The notes under the pieces are model-generated. The model did not search any database, was not told where the DNA came from, and was given only the letters and a program-made list of their open reading frames with translations. This document shows, piece by piece, positions 23,817 through 36,003 of a DNA stretch of 64,000 nucleotides (its first letter is position 1; each line of letters begins with the position of its first letter). This stretch comes from Stegostoma tigrinum (taxonomy: Eukaryota), in contig NC_081356.1 in NCBI RefSeq assembly GCF_030684315.1, forward strand, positions 115,333,723-115,397,722, written 5' to 3'. A program made the translations under genes and the position numbers.

Positions 23817-24130
23817 GGCACGGTGGCTCAGTGGTTAGCACCGCAGCCTCACAGCGCTAGGGTCCCAGGTTCGATTCCAGTCTGAGGCAACTGTCTGTGT
23901 GGAGTTTGCACATTCTCCCTGTGTCTGCGTGGGTTTCCTCCGGGTGCTCCAGTTTCCCCCCCACAGTCCAAAGATGTGCAGGCTAGGTGGATCGGCCGTG
24001 CTAAATTGCCTGTAGTGTTCAGGGGTGTGTGGGTTATAGGGGGATGGGTCTGGGTGGGATGCTCCAAGGGGCGGTGTTGACTTATTGGGCCGAAGGGCCT
24101 GTTTCCACACTGTAGGGAATCTAATCTAAA
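23817..24130 (+). mobile_element. HE1-type V-SINE, full length
   Basis: A box TGGCTCAGTGG, B box GGTTCGATTCC, V-domain GTGTGGAGTTTGCACATTCTCCCTGTGTCTGCGTGGGTTTCCTCCGGGTGCTCC, 3' GGGCCGAAGGGCCTGTTTCC and an (AATCT)n tail. Confidence 0.92.
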
Positions 24131-24921
24131 TTCCAATCTTGATCCCATCATTACTGTCACCTTGATTCATTCTTGTCTTTCCAAACTTAAAAGTACTCAA
24201 CAGCCCAAGTTCTGAAAGGACAGCAGTTTGAACTCTCCAGGTTAATATATTTTTTTGGCTCTCGGCCAAAAGAATATAACTTTTCTGCATACCAAATGAC
24301 AGCTTTATTTAAGTCTTAGTAATTCTCCTGAAGAGGTTCCTCTGGTGTTTCATTAGACAATTGAGACCGTGGTGAATCCTTTTTCTCATTCTTCCCATTT
24401 CATACTGCTAAACAAAAGGTGCAGAGGAATTTATATGTTTTACTTTAATTTACATAAGCATCACTCGTTTTGCTCTGGATTTGCTTCCCACACGTTCCTC
24501 TCTCTTGATCTTTTCGTTTCTCCCTCTATTTCTCACATTTCTTATGGGAGACTGGAGGAAATCTTTCCATTATTTACAACAAAACTGAGGGTAAAATCTT
24601 CTACCAACAGTTACAGAAGGAATCACCGCATCAGTGTGGGTTCAATTCCCATAGGTAAAGCTGAACATGTCTACAAGTGAGCTTTCCACAAGATGATGGG
24701 TCTGGTGGCTAGTGATACATTAGCAAGCCAGAGTTTAATTCCTCTCATGTCAAGCTCTGAATTTGCATTGTCTCTCAATTTATAGGCTAGCACTGGGAAC
24801 AAATGACCTTAGTAGATGCTCGTTTTGTTGCAAAAACCCAACTGGGTTATTAATGGCCTTCAACCAATAGAAATGTATTGTCTACTCTGGCCAACACTTG
24901 GCTCTGATCATACACCACATG

Positions 24922-25115
24922 ATCAGAATTCACACGACACCAGGTTATAGCCCAACAGGTTTATTTGAAATCACAAGCTTTCTTAGCCTTGTTCCTTCTT
25001 CAGCTGTTACCGACAGAGGTAGTACCAGTTTTCAAATAAACCTTTTGGACTATAACCTGGTGTTGTGTGATTTCTGACCTTGTCCACCTCAGTCAAACAC
25101 CAGCACCTCCACTTC
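24922..25115. mobile_element. Palindromic PLE-like element (family C)
   Basis: CACCAGGTTATAGCCCAACAGGTTTATTTGAAA is inverted as TTTCAAATAAACCTTTTGGACTATAACCTGGTG. Homologous to 1413-1588. Confidence 0.7.
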
Positions 25116-25684
25116 ATATACTACATGGCTTACTCCTAATGCTACCCCAAGCAGTCGAGAAATCAACTCAGTTATACAGGCAATGTTTCTCAAGAAACAA
25201 CTGTTGTCAAAATGATCTGAGTCAGCAGGCTACAAAGATCATCTTAGTGTTGACCCCTTACAACTGGAAAAGATAAAAAGGCAGAAGCATTCACTTAGCT
25301 AACAGTAACTCTGGTTTCAGCTACTTGTCTCTTATCACCTTCTACAAAGCGAGTTCAGCTCTGTTGAGGCAATCACTGGGATGTCATTGCATAGATTAGA
25401 ACTGTTGCTCCAGCAAACATATTTTATGGGCACAATTAAAGCTGGAGAGCTGTTCACAGCCCTTTGCAGAATGGAAGTTCCCACTCTATAAATATTAAGT
25501 CAAATATTATCCAATAAAACAAGTAATAAACTGTCAAACTGCTGTCCTATAACTACACAGGCATGCAAGTCATTTCTTTGCTATATAACCCCTGCGAAGT
25601 AATTTTCTGAAGAAATCTTTTTCTAATTAGTATCGAACGGGAGAAGATTCTCAATCTGTAAGCTTTCTGTTTGCTAACGGTCAT

Positions 25685-25865
25685 TGATTCAGTTAGCTCG
25701 TGGATTAATCTGCGACGCAGAATGATACCAACACTGTGGGTTCAATTCCCATTACTGGCTGAGGTTACCATCTCGTTCTCAACCTCTGCCCTCACCTGAA
25801 ACATGGTGAAGCTCAGGTTAAACCACAACCAGTTACCTCTCTCAAATGAGACAGCAGCCCTGTGT
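25685..25865 (+). mobile_element. Old tRNA-derived SINE (unassigned family)
   Basis: B box GGTTCAATTCC followed by CTGGCTGAGGTTACCAT. Homologous reverse copy at 28470-28640. Confidence 0.6.
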
Positions 25866-25867
25866 TC

Positions 25868-26028
25868 ATAGAGTCAAACAGCACTAAGACAGACCCTTTG
25901 GTCCAACTCAATCAGAATTCGTCCCAATTACCTGCAATTGGCACGTATCACTCGAAACCTTTCCGATCCATGCCACTGTTCAAATTTCTTTTAAATGCTG
26001 TAATTATATTCGCCTCTGCCACTTCCTC
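25868..26028 (-). mobile_element. CR1 3' end fragment
   Basis: CATAGAGTCAAACAGCAC...CTTTTAAATGCTGTAATT...TCTGCCACTTCCTC, similar to the start of 56490-57840. Confidence 0.65.
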
Positions 26029-26389
26029 AAGCTCGAGATGACGGCGGCGGTGGAATAGGCAGTATTTGGGGTCCTGTACACAGGCCTGTCCTCTTCGTCC
26101 ATTCTTTTTTCTTTTTCCTTTCTTTCCCTTTGGCTTTCCTTTGGTTTAGGTTTCATTCAAACCTACCTGATAAAGACAGCTCTTTGGTAGGAAGGTGGCT
26201 TCAGTGAGCTCTGAAGCAGCATCGTCACCTTCGTGGGAAGCGTGGTTACAGAGTCAGACATTCGGAGGGAGAGTGGGGCGAGAAGTTGAAATGACATGTC
26301 AGAGGGAGGCAGAGAACTTCTTCACAGTAGGCATCCTTTAAACAGACTTTGCAGTTAGTTACTTTAACCAAGTAAAGCTTGGTTAGAGA

Positions 26390-26800
26390 CCATTTCAACT
26401 CCAATATGCCCGTCCTCAGCTTCCTCCAGTGTTGCAGTGACTCGCAATGCAAATTGGAAGAACAACACCTTATCTTCCGCCTGGACACGTCACATCCCAG
26501 AGGACTCGACATTGAGTTCTCCAATTTCAAATAACCTTCCCACCCATCCCGCAGCTCCCTTTCCAGCCCCAACTCCTCCCTTCCATTCCACCTTCTGACC
26601 CTCCCTTCCAGCCACCAACTGGATTCCTCCCTCCCATCGACGAACCAGGTCATACCTATTGCCAGTGTCCACCGATTACCACCATTCCACCGCCAGCCCT
26701 TGCCCCACTCCCGTCTCTTTATCTGCAGCTCCCCCTCCCCCCACATCCAGTTCTGAAGAAGGGTAATACCTGAAACATTGGCTGGTCCATTCTGTTGTCC
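26390..26800 (+). mobile_element. PLE fragment: GIY-YIG C-terminus and 3' UTR
   Basis: Translates LQCCSDSQCKLEEQHLIFRLDTSHPRGLDIEFSNFK*. C-rich UTR, then CTGAAGAAGGGTAATACCTGAAAC. Confidence 0.8.
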
Positions 26801-28099
26801 TTACTAACAGACTGCTTGCATCACCACAGGTAATTGAGGATTGAGTTGAAGAAGGGCAGAAGCTTAGAGATGGGCAAGTGGACAAAAAACATTCCCAAGG
26901 ACTTGACTTTACTGCTGTGCAAATGCAGGTGAGGTCAATTAAGAGGTTAGCAGGCCATGGGCCAGCAAGAACAGGTGAGGAGCGTGAATTGCTGTGGTTC
27001 TGCTGTTAAGATCATGTTATTTTATCCCCCTGCAATCCAACTGGTAGTTGCCCAAGTTGACAACCTAGCTGGTGACCAAGACAGGCAGCCAGCAGCTACA
27101 GGCCACAGCCTGTCCATAGTTTATCTTTGGGGTGTGAGATTGATTGTTGAAGATTTGGCTGGTGATGATGGTTAAGTATTATGCAGCTTTTGGAATCTCG
27201 CAGAACAGCAGCTAATGGTAAATGCACCGCAGGGGCTGGAATAAAGTCTATAAATGTGTCTCCCACTTGTCTGCAGTCGGATGTTTGGACAAGCTGCCCT
27301 ATGTTCAGCGACTCCTCCACAAACTTAATCGGACACTGAAATACTGAACTGAATTCAAAGAGGCAAAAGCCCTGCTGAAAAGGTGATTTGCTTTCTTTTT
27401 GTTTCAGCGTCAACGCCAGTGAATATGTTTGGAAGCCTCTTCTATGGCGTAGCTATAATTTCATGTTACTTACAACATTGAATGCATCATTTAAGGGGAA
27501 AAAAATCAAGGTTATTTAATCCTGTGGGGAAAAATGAGCATTGTTACAGAAGTGCTGTAGGGCTGTCAACATTCTATTTGGCAACATCACAACAGTGGCG
27601 TTCACAGCAAACTCCTTCTGAGTACGCATACCAGTGAAAGAGTGACAATTTCCCATTCAGAGCCTTCAGCCTTATTGTGACAAAAGAAAAACATTTCTCT
27701 CTCTGCTCTCACTGTCACACAAGATGAACAACAGCTCCCCATACAAATTCACCTACAATAGGGCTGCACGCATTCCTTCACTGAATGGTAATGGCTGAAC
27801 TTCATTATCAGAACCCATCATCATTCATTTCAAAGAGCAACCTGGTAGTAAAACGAAGATAAACATAAGCTATCTCAAGGGGAGTTTCAAGTATCATTTA
27901 GGGAGGGCAGTCACAGTCTGATATCTAAAATGACTGCCTTACTTTCAATAATTTCCCTTCAATATTTAGCAGCAGTACCGCAATTTCCCTAGATCAGTCG
28001 CTTTGATGGAGACCTCTCGTGGGTAAGGAGTAGTCAAGGGAGCAGGCTATGGTTTTAGTGTTGACCTGCTTTTTTTTCACATCTTTTGGTGAGGTCAGT

Positions 28100-28268
28100 T
28101 CACCTCTCTCCTGTTCTTCCAGCTTCTCCTGTTTTCATTTCTATTCTGATGAAAGGCCCTGTAATGTTAATGTGTCTGTTCTCTCCACAGGCACTGCCTA
28201 ACATGCTATGTGCTTCCAGCAGCCTATTCAATTTTGGATTCGCAGAAATTGCAGATTTCTTTTTTGTT
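28100..28268 (+). mobile_element. Old PLE terminal remnant
   Basis: TTCTGATGAAAGG...TGTTAAT...CTCTCCACAG...TTCCAGCA pattern of the right arm. Confidence 0.45.
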
Positions 28269-28469
28269 TTAAGAACTTTCTAGCTAAAATTCAACAAAGA
28301 TTTCTTTGCTGATACAGGAACAGACGTTCCATAATTATTTTCTTTTTGGATTCACTCTGAAGTCCAGGGTTCTTTTCCACGACAAGTGGCAACAGCAAAC
28401 AAAGATGTTTAAGAACGAGTACTCATACAGCCAGGGAGAATAATGTAAAATAGTCATAATCCTACTGAA

Positions 28470-28640
28470 CCATACAGCTGCTTTTTCATTAGAGATGACT
28501 GAGACACCACATGGCAAGCAAGGGGAAAATCTGAAGAGGAGACTCCTTCATCGTAACTTCAGCCAGGGTGGGAAATGAATCCATACTATTAGCATTACTC
28601 TGTATTGCAAACCAGCTATCCAGTCAACTGAGATAACCTA
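28470..28640 (-). mobile_element. Old tRNA-derived SINE (family of 25685-25865)
   Basis: Reverse complement ...GGATTCATTTCCCACCCTGGCTGAAGTTACGATGAAGG. Confidence 0.55.
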
Positions 28641-28959
28641 GCAAGAGTGGAATATTGCATATTGACAACAAGATATTGAATAACATTTATACTGAATTTT
28701 TGTATGTTGTATCATGTTGCATCATAACGGTAGTTCACTGCTTCTGATTTTAACTAGCACCTAATCAATACTCGGTGCAGAATTCTCCAAATTCTTGCAA
28801 TGCTGTGAACTTGGACATGCAGGTTGGTGTGATACATGGAAGAAGTGGGCTCACCTCCATTCATATATTCCCAGAATGTACTCCGGTCATGTGAGATTCT
28901 GCAGTGGACTACTCAGCACACCTGTATCAAACTCTTGACTCCACTGTTTTAACAGAGCT

Positions 28960-29795
28960 TACTTTGAATTGGCCAATTTGCATCCATTAAAATAATGTGC
29001 TGAGTATTTCTTAAATGGTAAGTTTTTGCGAAGAGTTGATGTGCAAAAGGATCTCAGTGTCCTCATGGATAAGTCACCAAAAAGCTAACATCGAGGTTCA
29101 GCAAATCAGTAGGAAGTCTAAAAAAATGTTCTGAAAAAGCATCCCAACCTGAAAGGTCAACTTTCCTGCTCTGCTGCTGCTGCTTGGTCTGCTGTGCTCC
29201 TCCAGCTCCACACTGTGTTATCTCTAAAAAAATGTTAACCTTTATTATAAGAGGATTTGAATACAGGAGTATGGAAGACTTGCTTCAATTATGTAGGAGC
29301 TTAGTTAGACCACACCTGGAGAACTCTGTGCAGTTTTGGTCTCCTTGTATCAAGGAAGATGCAATTCCCACAGATGAAATGCAACAATAGTTCACCAGAT
29401 TTCTTCCTGGAATGGTGGGGCTGTCCTGTAAAGAGAGATTGGGCAAACTGGGCCTGTATTCTCCAGAGTTTCAAAGAATGAGAAGTGATCTCATTGAAAT
29501 TTACCAAAGTCTTAAGGTGACAGACAGGGTAGATGCAGTTGAGGTGTTTCCCCTGGTTGGGGTGTCTAAAATTGGGAGTAAAATTTTTTTGAAAATGAGG
29601 GATGCTACTTAGGTCTGAGATGAAGACAGATCTTTTTACGTAGAAGGTTGTAAATATTTGGATTACCAATGGCACTTTGGGTTGGGGGATGGGGTGAGTA
29701 AAAGACATTGAAGTGTTGGACCAGTCACGATCCTATTGAATGATAATGAACACTCAATGTGCTGAATGGCCTATTTCTATTCCCACGTTCCTACA
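28960..29795 (+). mobile_element. CR1 3' fragment with nested PLE arm (~29128-29225)
   Basis: ORFs RGFEYRS...LVRPHLENSVQFWSP and GLSCKERLGKLGLYSPEFQRMRSDLIEIY. Confidence 0.85.
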
Positions 29796-30054
29796 AGTAC
29801 AGAGGAAGTTAATTTAGGTGTTTCATAGTTCTTACACCAAACACAATCTCCTGCGATTTCAAAACTATTATTATTTCCTACCTCAACCTGATCACTTATC
29901 TTTCAACGAAAGAAAGACTTGGGTCTGTAACCTGTTTCTTGTAACGTCAAAATATCACAAACCATTTCATTGTCAATTCAGTGTTTTGGGCGTGTAGTCT
30001 TTGCTGTGATGTTATGATCCCTGTAGAACTTGATAACTCATCAATAAAATATTT

Positions 30055-31270
30055 GAATTCCCAGTAACTGCCTCAAGCCCCAGAGAATGCAGGCCCCGTC
30101 TCCTCAACTTCTCCTCATGGGCTAGTTCCACTGGCCCAGGAATCAGTCTGGTGAACCATCACTGCACTCAATGTACTGCAGGAATGTCTCATCTATTCCC
30201 AGAACTTGACAAGTTCTCACAAGTGACCGGCCCCATTTCTGAAGAAGGGTCCTGACCCAAAACGTTAACTTTCCTACTTCTCTAATGCTGCCTGGCCTGC
30301 TGTGTTTCTCCAGCTCCGCACTGTGTTATCCATGGCATCATGAGTGTTCTATACATTAGAGGCAAGACATCTTTACTTCTGTACTCAAATTCTCTTGCAA
30401 TAAAGGTTAATAGACCATTGCCTTCTCAAGCGCTTGCTACAATTGAGCATTAGGTTTCAGTGACTTATGAACAAGGACACCAAACTTGCTTTGGACATTA
30501 ACTCTTTTCAATCTCTCATCTCATCAGTTAATCTCATTTAACCAATACTCTGTGTTTTCCTTGCCCCTATATAATTAACCTACCTACAGCATATTCCATC
30601 TGTCATATTCTTGCCCACTCACAGCCTAAATTTCCTTGCTGTCTCTTTGTATTCTCCCCATAGCCCACATTCACACATAGAACATAGAACAGTACAGCAC
30701 AGAACAGGCCCTTCAGCCCAAGATGTTGTGCCGACCATTGATCCTCATGTATGCACCCTCAAATTTCTGTGACCATATGCATGTCCAGCAGTCTCTTAAA
30801 TGTCCCCAATGACCTTGCTTCCACAACTGCTGCTGGCAACGCATTCCATGCTCTCACAACTCTCTGTGTAAAGAACCCGCCTCTGACATCCCCTCTATAC
30901 TTTCCTCCAACCAGCTGAAAACTATGACCCCTCGTGTTAGCCTTTTCTGCGCTGGGAAATAGTCTCTGGCTATCAACTCTATGTATGCCTCTCATTATCT
31001 TGTATACCTCAATTAGGTCCCCTCTCCTCCTCCTTTTACATCATCTGAAAATGTGGTAATGTTACATCCAAATTAGCATAACAAACTGAACAGCTGAAGT
31101 ACCCCCCACCCCCTTCCCTCAATGGTCCCTGTGACACATCACTGATCACAGCCTAACAACTGGTGAATGACACATTTGTTCTTTTTTCCATTTTCTGTTT
31201 GCTAACCTGCTAGCGACATCTTCAAAAATCTTAATCAGGTTTGTGAAACACTGTTTCCCCTTTAACCATG
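30055..31270 (-). mobile_element. Old CR1 remnant carrying nested PLE arm (30232-30330) and a younger CR1 3' end
   Basis: CCCAGGAATCAGTCTGGTGAACC and CTCAAATTCTCTTGCAATAAAGGTTAATAGACCATTGCCTTC are homologous to other minus-strand CR1 copies. Confidence 0.7.
30676..31037 (-). mobile_element. Young CR1 (HER1-like) 3' end
   Basis: (CATAGAA)n tail. ORF 30759-30995 RVDSQRLFP...TRGHSFQLVGGKYRGDVRGGFFTQRVVRAWNALP is uninterrupted and related to 38340-38700. Confidence 0.92.
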
Positions 31271-31479
31271 TCCACTGAAAGTTGTTTTCCTCAGTGTTCT
31301 ACAAATCCTTAAAATGACTTCCTGCAACAAGACCCACTCCAGCAACTCCTGCTCACTACTCCACCAGCACAAATATTCCAGTGTACGTCCATCTCCACAG
31401 GTCCCATCTGTTCGACCAGAGAATGGACTCCCACCTTGACTGGAGTCATACCTGACATAAAGAAGTGGGAATATTTGCA

Positions 31480-32352
31480 GATTGCGCAATGTTCAGAATC
31501 ATTCGTGACTCCCCAGATACTGATTCAGTCCATGGTCAAATGTAACATGGCCTGGACAATATCCAGGTTTGGGCTGCGAAATAGCTAATAGAATCCTTGC
31601 CACACAAGTCACAGGCAATGGTCAAATCCAACAAGAGAGAAGCTAACTGTCAGCCCTTGACATTCAATGGTACATTATCACTGAACCTGCCATTACCAAT
31701 GTCTAGACCATAGCCTTTGACCAGATACGCAACTGGACAAGCCATATACGTACTGCTGCTATAAGAGCAGGCCAGAGACTAGGAATCTTGCAGCAAGTAA
31801 CTCAGCTCCTGACTACCCAAAGCCTGTCCATCATCTACAAGGCACAAGTTGGGAGTGTGATGAAATATTCCCCCTTTGCCTCAACAGGTGCAACTCCAAG
31901 AACAATCAAAAGGCTTCACTCTGTTCAGGATAAAGCAACCTGCTTGATTGGCACTACCTACACAAATGTTCACTCGCTCCAACACTGACGCTCAGCAGTG
32001 TGTACCAGCTACAAAAGATTCACCAGTACTCCCCAGACAGCACCTTCCAAATGCACAATCATTACTATCTAGCAGGACAATGGCAGTAGGTACATAGCAA
32101 CGCCACCACCTTCAGGTTCCCCTCCAAGTCACTTACCATCCTAACTTGCAGATATATCATTGTCCTTTCATTGTCACTGAGTCAAGATCCTGAAACACCC
32201 CTCCTAACAGCATTGTGGGTATGCTTACACTAAAGGGACTGCAGCAGTTCAAGAAGGCAGCTCAACAGCACCATGTCAACAGCACGCAGGGTTGTGTAAT
32301 GGACGCTGGCCTAATCAGTAACTCCCACATTCTACGAGTGAATTTTAAAAAC
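31480..32352 (+). mobile_element. CR1/L2-group LINE 3' portion
   Basis: ORF 31788-31988 LSIIYKAQVGSVMKYSP...LHSVQDKATCLIG. 3' end shared with 15235-15486. Confidence 0.8.
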
Positions 32353-32519
32353 ATCTGCATTCTGCCTGGTAGCTAACTGAGAATAATAGTTTTCTCCTAC
32401 TGTCTACACCAGCCCTCATTCCCTGGTCTGTCTTGATGTCTCTGCAGCTCTCTCCCTCTCTCAGATTTCTGAGTCAGTAACTCTTCACTCAGCAAGATCA
32501 GCTGTCCCATTCTTTATGT

Positions 32520-33615
32520 TGTCATGATTCCAGCCAGTAGTACTACTGGATAAATCAGGTCCCAGAATGAAACCTGGATTGTTTCTTTTTATTTTAACAT
32601 GTTTATCTAATAAAATATAAGGAACCAAGGCTATAGATATTGCTTGTAGGTAGACAACAGGAGGCTGGAAGAACACAGTGAGCCAAGCAGCATCTGGGGA
32701 AAGGAGCAGTCAACGTTTCATGTATTACCCTATTTCAGGACTGCTCCGAAATGTTGACTGCTCCTTTTCTCTAGCTGCTGCCTGACTCGCTGCGTTCTTC
32801 CAGACTCCTGTTTGTCTACCGTGGATTCCAGCATCTGCAGTTTTTTTGTCTTCTTAGGCATTGCTTAACAACAGTTCATTACACAATATAAAATAAAACA
32901 AATCAAATGTATACAAATAGAGGACACAGTTTGAACAATCTCAAAATGCACAGTAAAACAATGTCTCATCTATTCCCTAACATCATTATGTTATAGTGTC
33001 ACTTCCAGCAAATGTACCCCTCAATCTCAAATCTTTAAGTTCGACTCAGCTGATCCTTCCCAGTTCTTTCTTGTGACCTGCAAAGTCTTCTTTTGTGAAT
33101 ACTCACAAAACTGAAAGCTTAGCCTTTCTCAGTTTTTAATAGTTTGCTGTTTTCCAATGCAACACTCTTGGTCTCCAGATTGCACAAAGTAGCTTTCTAC
33201 TAATGTAACCTGTTACCTGAATTCTTCTATACTCCTTTCTAGGAAAGGAGCTGTCCGTGCTCCTGACCACAGTCAGCCCTTCTCCAAAGCTGCTCAAAAA
33301 TCTCCTATCACTGTATTTTTCTAAACAAAATTAATCTTTGAATATTTTGAATGAAAAACATGCCAACAGCAAAAACATGCCAACGGCTCTCCAGTTTGTA
33401 TATTCAGCCCAGTATCAACAATCCTCCCTTAAAATATCATGGTACCCTGCATTCTTTCACAGGCTAGTTTGGGTGAATATACCGGAGTGGCTAAGTGACC
33501 ACATCACTTTTTGTAAAACTCATCACGTAAGTAACTAACACTCATATGTCAAAAACTAAAACCTAAGTAGAACAATATACACATAAATTACAGTGTCAAT
33601 CACAATGTCGTCACA
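32520..33615 (-). mobile_element. Probable solo LTR interrupted by a PLE palindrome
   Basis: Termini TGTCATGA...TCGTCACA and flanks ATGT/GTGT with one mismatch. No coding similarity. Confidence 0.4.
32649..32854. mobile_element. Palindromic PLE derivative
   Basis: GGTAGACAACAGGAGGCTGGAAGAAC is inverted as GTTCTTCCAGACTCCTGTTTGTCTACC, followed by the GGATTCCAGCATCTGCAG tail. Flanks TAGATATTGCTT/TAGGCATTGCTT. Confidence 0.8.
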
Positions 33616-33799
33616 GTGTCTAGGTGTGAAAGCCGCAAATCGAGTTTCAATATGACATGACCTGAGCCCCACCCTATGATAATCAAGACACATGGTTAGG
33701 AGGTCACATGGTTGTCTCCACTATTCTATTTTACCTTTAGTTAAGATAGACAATTGAAAACATAACCACCTCATAAATACCTGAACTCGAAACAATGTG

Positions 33800-34055
33800 G
33801 GTAATTGGCAGCAAGATTCCACAAATGTCAGTGAAGTAATCCACTTGAGTTACATTGGCTAAGGGATAAATATTTGTCACGACATCAGGAAAAAGTCCTC
33901 TGTTCCTCCCTAAGCAGTCATTTTACATGCGGGTCAAAAGGCAGATAAGGTTTAGATCTATGTCTCATCTGAAAGTTCACACCACTGAGAGCACATGTTC
34001 CCTTCATTACCCCTGAATCCATATCAGCCAATTCCTCAGCTCTCTCTGAGCTTGT
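33800..34055 (-). mobile_element. DeuSINE-like fragment, old
   Basis: GCAGCAAGATTCCACAAA, AGGGATAAATATTTG and GTCTCATCTGAAAG resemble the reverse-complemented Deu domain. Confidence 0.5.
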
Positions 34056-35329
34056 GTTTTTATTTTTTCTCAGACATGCAATAGACTGATCTACAATTGT
34101 CATTATTATTGTCAGCTACAAGCTGTGAGTTTGAGATTTCAAAAGCAGAAACTATCAGACTAAGGTGTGCTTCTTTCACAGTTTGCCAAAGTTTGTTTGT
34201 TTTTTTCTTAGTCATAGAGATAGTGCCATTCTACAGGTTCTTGAGTACCTCACTATAATGATAATTCCTCATATGTGATCACAGGCAGTGAATGATTGCA
34301 GACTGCACTGCGAGCCAAGCATTACAGCCATTGTCTAACCCATTGTTCATAAACATACATTATCTGGCATGCTTCACTTACCACGAACAAAAGGATGACT
34401 TATCCCACACCGCTCTTGGTTAACAATTCTACAGCCAGCTTTGGCTTCCCCATTCCTCTTCCAGCTGAGGTATGTGCAGCAGACACGAAACGGTAAAACT
34501 TATGAGACTTCAATTCCACTGTGGAGACTAATTTGATCCAGATTTGGATCCAAGAATTTACTTCAGGTACATAACACCGAACTTGGGGCACTCAGTTTGG
34601 TCATTCATAACAAATCACCTGAAAATCAGCAGTGCTGAACAGAAACCTTACTTTGAGGAAATGTGAACTCTGCCCTGCAGTTCGCTGCATCAGCTGCCCA
34701 TGGCAAGAGGAACTGAGCTGTGATTACTAAATTGTAGAAGAGATCTCATTGTTCTGCCCTCTTTACAGGTTGCAATGCTCTGGCCTGTTTTGACTTCAGG
34801 AACACACTCAGAGTTCAGCGATGATTTATACCAATACATGACCAAATTTGATTTGTTTTGTTTTGTGTTTACTTTAGGGCCCTTGCAACTATATAAAGTT
34901 TAACAAGGAATTCAGGCTGGATTCAAACTGGTCCCAGAGAAACAGTTCCAATCGCCCTGCTACCCAGTCTGTAGTTATGGCAACAGCTATGAAATGCACA
35001 TTCGAACTCCTCCAAATAGGAATGTCTCATTCAAATCTTAACTGCAGTGTATGTGGTCTCCGCAGCTAGATGAGACATATAAAGAAAACCCTTGCATTTA
35101 TATAGCATTTTAGCCTTTACTAGGATCATTGCCTACTTTATAAGGATTAATAGTCTTTCAAATTTAGTATCACTTGCCAACTTTGCTTGCTGTATTGAGT
35201 CAAAGTATTTGATGTGGTTTGGAAACAGTAAGGGCACAATATGAACAAGACACATCACTTATTACAACATGACACTCCCTTCCTAAGCTGTCCATTAAAA
35301 AAAGTTCACTTTCTTCTTTTTCAGCCAAA

Positions 35330-35582
35330 TTCTTTCTCTTCCCTATTCATTTTGTGGGATGTGGGCCTCGCTGGCTGGTCAGCATTTCTTGCCCGTCCCT
35401 AATTGCCCTTGAGAAGGTGGTGGCGAGCTGCCTTCTTGAACCACTGCAGTCCACCTGCTGTGGGTTGACCCACAATGCCATTATGGAGGGAATTCCACGA
35501 CTCTTACCCAACAACAGTGAAGGAAAAGAGATATATTTTCAAGTCAGGATAGTGAGTGGTTTGGAGGGCAACTTGAAGGTGG
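35330..35582 (-). mobile_element. 3' end of CR1/L2-group LINE
   Basis: TTGCCCTTGAGAAGGTGGTGGCGAGCTGCCTTCTTGAACCACTGCAGTCC is the reverse complement of the 15235-15486 end. Confidence 0.85.
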
Positions 35583-36003
35583 CTGAAAACACTTATTCTT
35601 TCAGGTTGGACTCAAGTGAAGGCTTTTCCAGAGCCGGGCAATATAACCTCAGTGTGTCTTCCATCATTCATTTTGGATGTTACCGCCTCAGAATAGCTAA
35701 GGCCGGTGAGGTAAGATACTCCTCCAATTATGAAAGCATGTTACCTATTACTTGCAAGCTTAATGCCATCAATGCACTCATTAAATTTGCACATTAATAA
35801 CACCTATAGATGCATAATTGTGTGAAGCTGATTGGAATGGTCAGATGTCAGTTCGGCTTCTCCCTAAACAAAATCTAGTGAATCCAACTTTCACACTGTC
35901 TCAGCGCTGCTCTGTAAACTCCAAGGCAATTTACATTTATACAGCACCTTGAATGTGACAGAATGTCCTATGGTGCTCACAACAGCATTATAAAACATGA
36001 CAC

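Noticed and set aside
23817-23890. tRNA gene
   Set aside because: A and B boxes are present, but the sequence runs into the V-SINE body with no complete acceptor stem. It is a SINE head.
26036-26330. CpG-containing promoter or LINE 5' UTR starting AGATGACGGCGGCGG
   Set aside because: Too short and CpG-poor for an island, with no downstream ORF to support it.
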